Shown: positions 50,401-64,000 of the stretch, in pieces
Layout: every line of letters starts with the position of its first letter
Position numbering within the stretch: the first letter of the stretch is position 1
Assembly (NCBI GenBank): GCA_950097015.1
Contig: CATNEN010000039.1
Coordinates: forward strand, 20,920,454-20,984,453
Direction of reading: 5' to 3'
Origin: Macrostomum hystrix
Taxonomy: Eukaryota > Animalia > Platyhelminthes
DNA: 64,000 bases
Position numbers and translations under genes: made by a program
The notes under the pieces: model-generated
The model's database searches: none
What the model was told of the DNA's origin: nothing
Seen by the model: the letters and a program-made list of their open reading frames with translations, nothing else

Positions 50401-53400
50401 CAAAGCTACTGGACTGAGATTCTTCAGAACTGCAAAGCTAATTAATGGACTGACATTCTTCAGGACTGCAAAGCTACCGGACTGAGATTCTTCAGGACTG
50501 CAAAGCTACTGGACTGAGATTCTTCAGGACTGCAAAGCTACTGGACTGAGTTTCTTCAGGACTGCAAAGCTACTAGACTGAGATTCTTCTAGACTGCAAA
50601 GCTACTGGACTGAGATTCTTCAGAACTGCAAAGCTACTAGACTGAGATTCTTCTAGACTGCAAAGCTACTGGACTGAGATTCTTCAGAACTGCAAAGCTA
50701 CTGGACTGAGATTCTTCGGGATTGCAAAGCTACTGGAGTGAGATTCTTCAGGACTGCAAAGCTACTGGACTTAAATTCTTTAAGGCTCCAAACCTACTGG
50801 ACTGAGATTCTTCAGGACTGCAAACCTACTGGACTGAGATTCTTCAGGACTGCAAACCTACTGGACTGAAATTCTTCAGGACTGCAAAGCTACTGGACAG
50901 AGATTCTTCAGGACTGCAAAGCTACCGGACTATGATTCTTGAGGACTGCAAAGCTACTTGACTGAAATTCTACAGGACTGCAAAGCTACTGGACAGAGAT
51001 TCTTCAGGACTGCAAAGCTACTGGACTGAGATTCTTCACGACTGCAAAGCTACTGGACTGGGATTCTTCAGGACTGCAAAGCTACTGGACTGAAATTCTT
51101 GAGGACTGCAAAGCTACTGGACTGAGATTCTTAAGGACTGCAAAGCTACTGGACTGAGATTCTTCAGGACTGCAAAGCTACTGGACTGAGATTCTTCAGG
51201 ACTGGAAAGCTACTGGACTGAGATTCTTCAGGACTGCAAAGCTACTGGACTGAGATTCTTCAGAACTGCAAAGCTACTGGACTAAATTCTTCAGGACTGC
51301 AAAGCTACAGGACTGAGATTCTTCAGGACTGCAAAGCTACTGGACTGAGATTCTTCAGAACTGCAAAGCTACTGGACTAAATTCTTCAGGACTGCAAAGC
51401 TACAGGACTGAGATTCTTCAGGACTGCAAAGCTACTGGACTGAGATTCTTCAGGACTGCAAAGCTACTGGACTGAGATTCTACAGGACTGCAAAGCTACT
51501 GGACTGGGATTCTTCAGGACTGCAAAGCTACTGGAATGAGATTCTTCAGGACTGCAAAGTTACTGGACCGAGATTCTTAAGTACTGCAAAGCTACTGGAA
51601 TGAGATTCTTCAGGACTGCAAAGCTACTGGATTGAGATTCTTCAGGACTGCAAAGCCACTGGACTGAGATTCTTAAGGACTGCAAAGCCAATTAATGGAC
51701 TGACATTCTTCAGGACTGCAAAGCTACCAGACTGAGATTCTTCAGGACTGCAAAGCTACCGGAATGAGATTCTACAGGACTGCAAAGCTACTGGACTGAG
51801 ATTCTTCAGGACTGCAAAGCTACTGGAATGAGATTCTTCGGGATTGCAAAGCTACTGGACTGAGATTCTTTAGGACTGCAAAGCTACTGGACTGGGATTT
51901 TTCAGGACTGCAAAGCTACTGGACTGAGATTCTACAGGACTGCAAAGCTACTGGACTGGGATTCTTAAGGACTGCAAACCTACTGGACTGAGATTCTACA
52001 GGACTGCAAATCTACTGGACTGGGATTCTTCAGGACTGCAAAGCTACTGGAATGAGATTCTTCAGGACTGCAAAGCTACTGGAATGAGATTCTTAAGGAC
52101 TGCAAAGCTACTGGAATGAGATTCTTCAGGACTGCAAAGCTACTGGACTGAGATTCTTAAGGACTGCAAAGCTACTGGAATGAGATTCTTGAGGACTGCA
52201 AAGCTACTGGACTGAGATTCTTTAGAGCTGCAAAGCTACCGGACTGAAATTCTTTAGGGCTGCAAAGCTACTGGACTGACATTCTTTAGGACTGCAAAGC
52301 TACTGGACTGAGATTCTTCAGGACTGCAAAGCTACTGGACTGAGATTCTTCAGAACTGCAAAGCTAATTAATGGACTGACATTCTTCAGGACTGCAAAGC
52401 TACCGGACTGAGATTCTTCAGGACTGCAAAGCTACTGGACTGAGATTCTTCAGGACTGCAAAGCTACTGGACTGAGTTTCTTCAGGACTGCAAAGCTACT
52501 GGACTGAGATTCTTCAGAACTGCAAAGCTACTGGACTGAGATTCTTCGGGATTGCAAAGCTACTGGAGTGAGATTCTTCAGGACTGCAAAGCTGCTGGAC
52601 TTAAATTCTTTAAGGCTGCAAACCTACTGGACTGAGATTCTTCAGGACTGCAAAGCTACTGGACTGAGATTCTTCAGGACTGCAAAGCTACTGGACTGAG
52701 ATTCTTAAGGACTGCAAAGCTACTGGAATGAGATTCTTGAGGACTGCAAAGCTACTGGACTGAGATTCTTTAGAGCTGCAAAGCTACCGGACTGAAATTC
52801 TTTAGGGCTGCAAAGCTACTGGACTGACATTCTTTAGGACTGCAAAGCTACAGGACTGAGATTCTTCAGGACTGCAAAGCTACTGGACTGAGATTCTTCA
52901 GAACTGCAAAGCTAATTAATGGACTGACATTCTTCAGGACTGCAAAGCTACCGGAATGAGATTCTACAGGACTGCAAAGCTACTGGACTGAGATTCTTCA
53001 GGACTGCAAAGCTACTGGAATGAGATTCTTCGGGATTGCAAAGCTACTGGACTGAGATTCTTTAGGACTGCAAAGCTACTGGACTGGGATTTTTCAGGAC
53101 TGCAAAGCTACTGGACTGAGATTCTTGAGGACTGCAAAGCTACTGGACTGAGATTCTTTAGAGCTGCAAAGCTACCGGACTGAAATTCTTTAGGGCTGCA
53201 AAGCTACTGGACTGACATTCTTTAGGACTGCAAAGCTACTGGACTGAGATTCTTCAGGACTGCAAAGCTACTGGACTGAGATTCTTCAGAACTGCAAAGC
53301 TAATTAATGGACTGACATTCTTCAGGACTGCAAAGCTACCGGAATGAGATTCTACAGGACTGCAAAGCTACTGGACTGAGATTCTTCAGGACTGCAAAGC

Positions 53401-56400
53401 TACTGGAATGAGATTCTTCGGGATTGCAAAGCTACTGGACTGAGATTCTTTAGGACTGCAAAGCTACTGGACTGGGATTTTTCAGGACTGCAAAGCTACT
53501 GGACTGAGATTCTACAGGACTGCAAAGCTACTGGACTGGGATTCTTCAGGACTGCAAACCTACTGGACTGAGATTCTACAGGACTGCAAATCTACTGGAC
53601 TGGGATTCTTCAGGACTGCAAAGCTACTGGAATGAGATTCTTCAGGACTGCAAAGCTACTGGAATGAGATTCTTAAGGACTGCAAAGCTACTGGAATGAG
53701 ATTCTTCAGGACTGCAAAGCTACTGGACTGAGATTCTTAAGGACTGCAAAGCTACTGGAATGAGATTCTTGAGGACTGCAAAGCTACTGGACTGAGATTC
53801 TTTAGAGCTGCAAAGCTACCGGACTGAAATTCTTTAGGGCTGCAAAGCTACTGGACTGACATTCTTTAGGACTGCAAAGCTACTGGACTGAGATTCTTCA
53901 GGACTGCAAAGCTACTGGACTGAGATTCTTCAGAACTGCAAAGCTAATTAATGGACTGACATTCTTCAGGACTGCAAAGCTACCGGACTGAGATTCTTCA
54001 GGACTGCAAAGCTACTGGACTGAGATTCTTCAGGACTGCAAAGCTACTGGACTGAGTTTCTTCAGGACTGCAAAGCTACTGGACTGAGATTCTTCAGAAC
54101 TGCAAAGCTACTGGACTGAGATTCTTCGGGATTGCAAAGCTACTGGAGTGAGATTCTTCAGGACTGCAAAGCTACTGGACTTAAATTCTTTAAGGCTGCA
54201 AACCTACTGGACTGAGATTCTTCAGGACTGCAAAGCTACTGGACTGAGATTCTTCAGGACTGCAAAGCTACTGGACTGAGATTCTTAAGGACTGCAAAGC
54301 TACTGGAATGAGATTCTTGAGGACTGCAAAGCTACTGGACTGAGATTCTTTAGAGCTGCAAAGCTACCGGACTGAAATTCTTTAGGGCTGCAAAGCTACT
54401 GGACTGACATTCTTTAGGACTGCAAAGCTACTGGACTGAGATTCTTCAGGACTGCAAAGCTACTGGACTGAGATTCTTCAGAACTGCAAAGCTAATTAAT
54501 GGACTGACATTCTTCAGGACTGCAAAGCTACCGGACTGAGATTCTTCAGGACTGCAAAGCTACTGGACTGAGATTCTTCAGGACTGCAAAGCTACTGGAC
54601 TGAGTTTCTTCAGGACTGCAAAGCTACTAGACTGAGATTCTTCTAGACTGCAAAGCTACTGGACTGAGATTCTTCAGAACTGCAAAGCTACTGGACTGAG
54701 ATTCTTCGGGATTGCAAAGCTACTGGAGTGAGATTCTTCAGGACTGCAAAGCTACTGGACTTAAATTCTTTAAGGCTGCAAACCTACTGGACTGAGATTC
54801 TTCAGGACTGCAAACCTACTGGACTGAGATTCTTCAGGACTGCAAACCTACTGGACTGAAATTCTTCAGGACTGCAAAGCTACTGGACAGAGATTCTTCA
54901 GGACTGCAAAGCTACCGGACTATGATTCTTGAGGACTGCAAAGCTACTGGACTGAAATTCTACAGGACTGCAAAGCTACTGGACAGAGATTCTTCAGGAC
55001 TGCAAAGCTACTGGACTGAGATTCTTCACGACTGCAAAGCTACTGGACTGGGATTCTTCAGGACTGCAAAGCTACTGGACTGAAATTCTTGAGGACTGCA
55101 AAGCTACTGGACTGAGATTCTTCAGGACTGCAAAGCTACTGGACTGAGATTCTTCAGGAGTGCATAGCTACTGGACTGAGATTCTTCAGGACTGCAAAGC
55201 TACTGGACTGAGATTCTTGAGGACTGCAAAGCTACTGGACTGAGATTCTTTAGGACTGCAAAGCTACTGTACTGAGATTCTTCAGGACTGCAAAGCTACT
55301 GGACTGAGATTCTTCAGGACTGCAAAGCTACTGGACTGAGATTCTTCAGAACTGCAAAGCTACTGGACTAAATTCTTCAGGACTGCAAAGCTACAGGACT
55401 GAGATTCTTCAGGACTGCAAAGCTACTGGACTGAGATTCTTCAGGACTGCAAAGCTACTGGACTGAGATTCTACAGGACTGCAAAGCTACTGGATTGGGA
55501 TTCTTCAGGACTGCAAAGCTACTGGACTGAGATTCTTCAGGACTGCAAAGTTACTGGACCGAGATTCTTCAGGACTGGAAAGCTACTGGACTGAGATTCT
55601 TCAGGACTGCAAAGCTACTGGACTGAGATTCTTCAGGACTGGAAAGCTACTGGACTGAGATTCTTCAGGACTGCAAAGCTACTGGACTGAGATTCTTCAG
55701 AACTGCAAAGCTAATTAATGGACTGACATTCTTCAGGACTGCAAAGCTACCGGACTGAGATTCTTCAGGACTGCAAAGCTACTGGACTGAGATTCTTCAG
55801 GACTGCAAAGCTACTGGACTGAGATTCTTCAGAACTGCAAAGCTACTGGACTGAGATTCTTCGGGATTGCAAAGCTACTGGAGTGAGATTCTTCAGGACT
55901 GCAAAGCTACTGGACTTAAATTCTTTAAGGCTGCAAACCTACTGGACTGAGATTCTTCAGGACTGCAAAGCTACTGGACTGAGATTCTTCAGGACTGCAA
56001 AGCTACTGGACTGAGATTCTTAAGGACTGCAAAGCTACTGGAATGAGATTCTTGAGGACTGCAAAGCTACTGGACTGAGATTCTTTAGAGCTGCAAAGCT
56101 ACCGGACTGAAATTCTTTAGGGCTGCAAAGCTACTGGACTGACATTCTTTAGGACTGCAAAGCTACTGGACTGAGATTCTTCAGGACTGCAAAGCTACTG
56201 GACTGAGATTCTTCAGAACTGCAAAGCTAATTAATGGACTGACATTCTTCAGGACTGCAAAGCTACCGGACTGAGATTCTTCAGGACTGCAAAGCTACTG
56301 GACTGAGATTCTTCAGGACTGCAAAGCTACTGGACTGAGTTTCTTCAGGACTGCAAAGCTACTAGACTGAGATTCTTCTAGACTGCAAAGCTACTGGACT

Positions 56401-59400
56401 GAGATTCTTCAGAACTGCAAAGCTACTAGACTGAGATTCTTCTAGACTGCAAAGCTACTGGACTGAGATTCTTCAGAACTGCAAAGCTACTGGACTGAGA
56501 TTCTTCGGGATTGCAAAGCTACTGGAGTGAGATTCTTCAGGACTGCAAAGCTACTGGACTTAAATTCTTTAAGGCTGCAAACCTACTGGACTGAGATTCT
56601 TCAGGACTGCAAACCTACTGGACTGAGATTCTTCAGGACTGCAAACCTACTGGACTGAAATTCTTCAGGACTGCAAAGCTACTGGACAGAGATTCTTCAG
56701 GACTGCAAAGCTACCGGACTATGATTCTTGAGGACTGCAAAGCTACTGGACTGAAATTCTACAGGACTGCAAAGCTACTGGACAGAGATTCTTCAGGACT
56801 GCAAAGCTACTGGACTGAGATTCTTCACGACTGCAAAGCTACTGGACTGGGATTCTTCAGGACTGCAAAGCTACTGGACTGAAATTATTGAGGACTGCAA
56901 AGCTACTGGACTGAGATTCTTCAGGACTGCAAAGCTACTGGACTGAGATTCTTCAGGACTGCAAAGCTACTGGACTGAGATTCTTCAGGACTGCAAAGCT
57001 ACTGGACTGAGATTCTTGAGGACTGCAAAGCTACTGGACTGAGATTCTTTAGGACTGCAAAGCTACTGGACTGAGATTCTTCAGGACTGCAAAGCTACTG
57101 GACTGAGATTCTTCAGGACTGCAAAGCTACTGGACTGAGATTCTTCAGAACTGCAAAGCTACTGGACTAAATTCTTCAGGACTGCAAAGCTACAGGACTG
57201 AGATTCTTCAGGACTGCAAAGCTACTGGACTGAGATTCTTCAGGACTGCAAAGCTACTGGACTGAGATTCTACAGGACTGCAAAGCTACTGGATTGGGAT
57301 TCTTCAGGACTGCAAAGCTACTGGACTGAGATTCTTCAGGACTGCAAAGTTACTGGACCGAGATTCTTCAGGACTGGAAAGCTACTGGACTGAGATTCTT
57401 CAGGACTGCAAAGCTACTGGACTGAGATTCTTCAGGACTGGAAAGCTACTGGACTGAGATTCTTCAGGACTGCAAAGCTACTGGACTGAGATTCTTCAGA
57501 ACTGCAAAGCTACTGGACAAAATTCTTCAGGACTGCAAAGCTACAGGACTGAGATTCTTCAGGACTGCAAAGCTACTGGACTGAGATTCTTCAGAACTGC
57601 AAAGCTACTGGACTAAATTCTTCAGGACTGCAAAGCTACAGGACTGAGATTCTTCAGGACTGCAAAGCTACTGGACTGAGATTCTTCAGGACTGCAAAGC
57701 TACTGGACTGAGATTCTACAGGACTGCAAAGCTACTGGACTGGGATTCTTCAGGACTGCAAAGCTACTGGAATGAGATTCTTCAGGACTGCAAAGTTACT
57801 GGACCGAGATTCTTAAGTACTGCAAAGCTACTGGAATGAGATTCTTCAGGACTGCAAAGCTACTGGATTGAGATTCTTCAGGACTGCAAAGCTACTGGAC
57901 TGAGATTCTTAAGGACTGCAAAGCCAATTAATGGACTGACATTCTTCAGGACTGCAAAGCTACCAGACTGAGATTCTTCAGGACTGCAAAGCTACCGGAA
58001 TGAGATTCTACAGGACTGCAAAGCTACTGGACTGAGATTCTTCAGGACTGCAAAGCTACTGGAATGAGATTCTTCGGGATTGCAAAGCTACTGGACTGAG
58101 ATTCTTTAGGACTGCAAAGCTACTGGACTGGGATTTTTCAGGACTGCAAAGCTACTGGACTGAGATTCTACAGGACTGCAAAGCTACTGGACTGGGATTC
58201 TTCAGGACTGCAAACCTACTGGACTGAGATTCTACAGGACTGCAAATCTACTGGACTGGGATTCTTCAGGACTGCAAAGCTACTGGAATGAGATTCTTCA
58301 GGACTGCAAAGCTACTGGAATGAGATTCTTAAGGACTGCAAAGCTACTGGAATGAGATTCTTCAGGACTGCAAAGCTACTGGACTAAGATTCTTAAGGAC
58401 TGCAAAGCTACTGGAATGAGATTCTTGAGGACTGCAAAGCTACTGGACTGAGATTCTTTAGAGCTGCAAAGCTACCGGACTGAAATTCTTTAGGGCTGCA
58501 AAGCTACTGGACTGACATTCTTTAGGACTGCAAAGCTACTGGACTGAGATTCTTCAGGACTGCAAAGCTACTGGACTGAGATTCTTCAGAACTGCAAAGC
58601 TAATTAATGGACTGACATTCTTCAGGACTGCAAAGCTACCGGACTGAGATTCTTCAGGACTGCAAAGCTACTGGACTGAGATTCTTCAGGACTGCAAAGC
58701 TACTGGACTGAGTTTCTTCAGGACTGCAAAGCTACTGGACTGAGATTCTTCAGAACTGCAAAGCTACTGGACTGAGATTCTTCGGGATTGCAAAGCTACT
58801 GGAGTGAGATTCTTCAGGACTGCAAAGCTACTGGACTTAAATTCTTTAAGGCTGCAAACCTACTGGACTGAGATTCTTCAGGACTGCAAACCTACTGGAC
58901 TGAGATTCTTCAGGACTGCAAACCTACTGGACTGAAATTCTTCAGGACTGCAAAGCTACCGGACTATGATTCTTGAGGACTGCAAAGCTACTGGACTGAA
59001 ATTCTACAGGACTGCAAAGCTACTGGACAGAGATTCTTCAGGACTGCAAAGCTACCGGACTATGATTCTTGAGGACTGCAAAGCTACTGGACTGAGATTC
59101 TTCACGACTGCAAAGCTACTGGACTGGGATTCTTCAGGCCTGCAAAGCTACCGGACTAAAATTCTATAGGACTGCAAAGCTACTGGAATGAGATTCTTCA
59201 GGACTGCAAAGCTACTGGACTGAGATTCTTCAGGACTGCAAAGCTACTGGACTGAGATTCTTCTGAACTGCAAAGCTACTGGACTGAGATTCTTAAGGAC
59301 TGCAAAGCTACTGGACTGAGATTCTTTAGGACTGCAAAGCTACTGGACTGAGATTCTTCAGGACTGCAAAGCTACTGGACTGAGATTCTTCAGGACTGCA

Positions 59401-62400
59401 AAGCTACTGGACTGAGATTCTTCAGAACTGCAAAGCTACTGGACTAAATTCTTCAGGACTGCAAAGCTACAGGACTGAGATTCTTCAGGACTGCAAAGCT
59501 ACTGGACTGAGATTCTTCAGGACTGCAAAGCTACTGGACTGAGATTCTACAGGACTGCAAAGCTACTGGACTGGGATTCTTCAGGACTGCAAAGCTACTG
59601 GAATGAGATTCTTCAGGACTGCAAAGTTACTGGATCGAGATTCTTCAGGACTGGAAAGCTACTGGACTGAGATTCTTCAGGACTGCAAAGCTACTGGACT
59701 GAGATTCTTCAGGACTGGAAAGCTACTGGACTGAGATTCTTCAGGACTGCAAAGCTACTGGACTGAGATTCTTAAGGACTGCAAAGCCAATTAATGGACT
59801 GACATTCTTCACGACTGCAAAGCTACCTGACTGAGATTCTTCAGGACTGCAAAGCTACCGGAATGAGATTCTACAGGACTGCAAAGCTACTGGACTGAGA
59901 TTCTTCAGGACTGCAAAGCTACTGGAATGAGATTCTTCGGGATTGCAAAGCTACTGGACTGAGTTTCTTCAGGACTGCAAAGCTACTAGACTGAGATTCT
60001 TCTAGACTGCAAAGCTACTGGACTGAGATTCTTCAGAACTGCAAAGCTACTGGACTGAGATTCTTCAGGATTGCAAAGCTACTGGAGTGAGATTCTTCAG
60101 GACTGCAAAGCTACTGGACTTAAATTCTTTAAGGCTGCCAACCTACTGGACTGAGATTCTTCAGGACTGCAAACCTACTGGACTGAGATTCTTCAGAACT
60201 GCAAACCTACTGGACTGAGATTCTTCAGGACTGCAAAGCTACTGGACTGAGTTTCTTCAGGACTGCAAAGCTATTAGACTGAGATTCTTCTAGACTGCAA
60301 AGCTACTGGACTGAGATTCTTCAGAACTGCAAAGCTACTCGACTGAGATTCTTCGGGATTGCAAAGCCAATGGAGTGAGATTCTTCAGGACTGCAAAGCT
60401 ACTGGACTTAAATTCTTAAAAGCTGCAAACCTACTGGACTGAGATTCTTCAGGACTGCAAACCTACTGGACTGAGATTCTTCAGGACTGCAAACCTACTG
60501 GACTGAAATTCTACAGGACTGCAAAGCTACTGGACAGAGATTCTTCAGGACTGCAAAGCTACCGGACTGAAATTCTTGAGGACTGCAAAGCTACTGGACT
60601 GAGATTCTTCAGGACTGCAAAGCTACTGGACTGAGATTCTTCAGGACTGCAAAGCTACTGGACTGAGTTTCTTCAGGACTGCAAAGCTACTAGACTGAGA
60701 TTCTTCTAGACTGCAAAGCTACTGGACTGAGATTCTTCAGAACTGCAAAGCTACTGGACTGAGATTCTTCGGGATTGCAAAGCTACTGGAGTGAGATTCT
60801 TCAGGACTGCAAAGCTACTGGACTTAAATTCTTTAAGGCTGCAAACCTACTGGACTGAGATTCTTCAGGACTGCAAACCTACTGGACTGAGTTTCTTCAG
60901 GACTGCAAAGCTATTAGACTGAGATTCTTCTAGACTGCAAAGCTACTGGACTAAGATTCTTCGGGATTGCAAAGCCACTGGAGTGAGATTCTTCAGGACT
61001 GCAAAGCTACTGGACTTAAATTCTTTAAAGCTGCAAACCTACTGGACTGAGATTCTTCAGGACTGCAAACCTACTAGACTGAGATTCTTCAGGACTGCAA
61101 ACCTACTGGACTGAAATTCTACAGGACTGCAAAGCTACTGGACAGAGATTCTTCAGGACTGCAAAGCTACCGGACTGAGATTCTTCAGGACTGCAAAGCT
61201 ACCGGAATGAGATTCTACAGGACTGCAAAGCTACTGGACTGAGATTCTTCAGGACTGCAAAGCTACCGGAATGAGATTCTTCGGGATTGCAAAGCTACTG
61301 GACTGAGATTATTCAGGACTGCAAAGCCACTGGACTGGGATTCTTCAGGACTGCAAAGCTACTGGACTGAGATTCTAAAGGACTGCAAAGCTACTGGACT
61401 GGGATTCTTCAGGACTGCAAACCTACTGGACTGAGATTCTACAGGACTGCAAATCTACTGGACTGGGATTCTTCAGGACTACAAAGCTACTGGAATGAGA
61501 TTCTTCAGGACTGCAAAGCTACTGGAATGAGATTCTTAAGGACTGCAAAGCTACTGGAATGAGATTCTTCAGGACTGCAAAGCTACTGGACTGAGATTCT
61601 TCAGGACTGCAAAGCTACTAGACTGAGATTCTTCTAGACTGCAAAGCTACTGGACTGAGATTCTTCAGAACTGCAAAGCTACTGGACTGAGATTATTCAG
61701 AACTGCAAAGCTACTGGACTGAGATTCTTCGGGATTGCAAAGCTACTGGAGTGAGATTCTTCAGGACTGCAAAGCTACTGGACTTAAACTCTTTAAGGCT
61801 GCAAACCTACTGGACTGAGACTCTTCAGGACTGCAAACCTACTGGACTGAGATTCTTCAGGACTGCGAAGCTACTGGACTGAGATTCTTCAGGACTGCAA
61901 ACCTACTGGACTGAAATTCTTCAGGACTGCAAAGCTACTGGACAGAGATTCTTCAGGACTGCAAAGCTACCGGACTGTGATTCTTGAGGACTGCAAAGCT
62001 ACTTGACTGAAATTCTACAGGACTGCAAAGCTACTGGACAGAGATTCTTCAGGACTGCAAAGCTACTGGACTGAGATTCTTCACGACTGCAAAGCTACTG
62101 GACTGGGATTCTTAAGGACTGCAAAGCTACTGGACTGAAATTCTTGAGGACTGCAAAGCTACTGGACTGAGATTCTTAAGGACTGCAAAGCTACTGGACT
62201 GAGATTCTTCAGGACTGCAAAGCTACTGGACTGAGATTCTTCAGGACTGCAAAGCTACTGGACTGAGATTCTTGAGGACTGCAAAGCTACTGGACTGAGA
62301 TTCTTTAGGACTGCAAAGCTACTGGACTGAGATTCTTCAGGACTGCAAAGCTACTGGACTGAGATTCTTCAGGACTGCAAAGCTACTGGACTGAGATTCT

Positions 62401-64000
62401 TCAGAACTGCAAAGCTACTGGACTAAATTCTTCAGGACTGCAAAGCTACAGGACTGAGATTCTTCAGGACTGCAAAGCTACTGGACTGAGATTCTTCAGG
62501 ACTGCAAACCTACTGGACTGAGATTCTTCAGGACTGGAAAGCTACTGGACTGAGATTCTTCAGGACTGCAAAGCTACTGGACTGAGATTCTTCAGGACTG
62601 CAAAGCTACTGGAATGAGATTCTTCAGGACTGCAAAGCTACAGGACTGAGATTCTTCAGGACTGCAAAGCTACTGGACTGAGATTCTTCAGAACTGCAAA
62701 GCTACTGGACTAAATTCTTCAGGACTGCAAAGCTACAGGACTGAGATTCTTCAGGACTGCAAAGCTACTGGACTGAGATTCTTCAGAACTGCAAAGCTAC
62801 TGGACTAAATTCTTCAGGACTGCAAAGCTACTGGATTGAGATTCTTCAGGACTGCAAAGCTACTGGACTGAGATTCTTCAGGACTGCAAAGTTACTGGAC
62901 CGAGATTCTTCAGGACTGGAAAGCTACTGGACTGAGATTCTTCAGGACTGCAAAGCTACTGGACTGAGATTCTTCAGGACTGGAAAGCTACTGGACTGAG
63001 ATTCTTCAGGACTGCAAAGCTACTGGACTGAGATTCTTCAGAACTGCAAAGCTACTGGACAAAATTCTTCAGGACTGCAAAGCTACAGGACTGAGATTCT
63101 TCAGGACTGCAAAGCTACTGGACTGAGATTCTTCAGAACTGCAAAGCTACTGGACTAAATTCTTCAGGACTGCAAAGCTACAGGACTGAGATTCTTCAGG
63201 ACTGCAAAGCTACTGGACTGAGATTCTTCAGGACTGCAAAGCTACTGGACTGAGATTCTACAGGACTGCAAAGCTACTGGACTGGGATTCTTCAGGACTG
63301 CAAAGCTACTGGAATGAGATTCTTCAGGACTGCAAAGTTACTGGACCGAGATTCTTAAGTACTGCAAAGCTACTGGAATGAGATTCTTCAGGACTGCAAA
63401 GCTACTGGATTGAGATTCTTCAGGACTGCAAAGCTACTGGACTGAGATTCTTAAGGACTGCAAAGCCAATTAATGGACTGACATTCTTCAGGACTGCAAA
63501 GCTACCAGACTGAGATTCTTCAGGACTGCAAAGCTACCGGAATGAGATTCTACAGGACTGCAAAGCTACTGGACTGAGATTCTTCAGGACTGCAAAGCTA
63601 CTGGAATGAGATTCTTCGGGATTGCAAAGCTACTGGACTGAGATTCTTTAGGACTGCAAAGCTACTGGACTGGGATTTTTCAGGACTGCAAAGCTACTGG
63701 ACTGAGATTCTACAGGACTGCAAAGCTACTGGACTGGGATTCTTCAGGACTGCAAACCTACTGGACTGAGATTCTACAGGACTGCAAATCTACTGGACTG
63801 GGATTCTTCAGGACTGCAAAGCTACTGGAATGAGATTCTTCAGGACTGCAAAGCTACTGGAATGAGATTCTTAAGGACTGCAAAGCTACTGGAATGAGAT
63901 TCTTCAGGACTGCAAAGCTACTGGACTGAGATTCTTAAGGACTGCAAAGCTACTGGAATGAGATTCTTGAGGACTGCAAAGCTACTGGACTGAGATTCTT
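29422..64000 (+). repeat. 32-bp satellite array, block 2 (continuation, runs off the window end; interrupted only by the SINE)
   Basis: Same consensus, orientation and variant monomers as block 1. Both blocks together are ~41 kb, roughly 1280 monomers. Confidence 0.98.
29518..29883 (+). mobile_element. Full-length tRNA-derived SINE (366 bp) inserted in the satellite
   Basis: Box A TGGCAGAGCGG, box B GTTCGATTCC, a 3' stem-loop GGCTGCGGG/CCCGCAGCC and an (ATT)6 tail. The 15-bp TSD TGAGATTCTTCAGGA (29503-29517 and 29884-29898) is confirmed against the empty-site copy near 31980-32050. Confidence 0.92.

Noticed and set aside
58966-59169. Satellite-encoded repeat protein (LQSY..DCKATGLRFFRTAKLLD)
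   Set aside because: The 32-bp unit cycles through frames with a TGA about every 96 nt. Short ORFs arise only where variants remove the stop.
13314-64000. CRISPR-like array (32-bp repeat length)
   Set aside because: The monomers are contiguous with no unique spacers, there are no cas genes, and the context is eukaryotic.

Overview
This is eukaryotic (metazoan-like) repetitive DNA at the edge of a large satellite array, and no intact host gene can be called with confidence. Bases 1-13.3 kb are a transposable-element-rich flank. It holds a 15-bp G-rich minisatellite, a full-length intact LOA/Lian-type (I-group) non-LTR retrotransposon on the minus strand (3356-9502, 12-bp TSD), a hAT/Charlie-like MITE, a decayed RTE-X/L2-like LINE fragment and an old tRNA-derived SINE. 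The LOA-type element has ORF1, an APE-RT-RNaseH-CCHC ORF2, and a predicted HDV-like ribozyme whose cleavage site is the element's first nucleotide. From ~13.3 kb to the end is a head-to-tail 32-bp satellite (two related 16-bp halves) with nested higher-order repeats. Two young insertions interrupt it. One is a 9.3-kb non-autonomous Ty3/gypsy-like LTR element (2324-bp near-identical LTRs, tRNA-Leu PBS, PPT, 4-bp TSD, truncated gag only, duplicated hairpin modules, and a candidate spliced antisense gene in place of pol). The other is a tRNA-SINE with a 15-bp TSD and an (ATT)n tail, whose 3' hairpin is shared with the LINE 3' UTR. All calls are by eye; no database searches were run.
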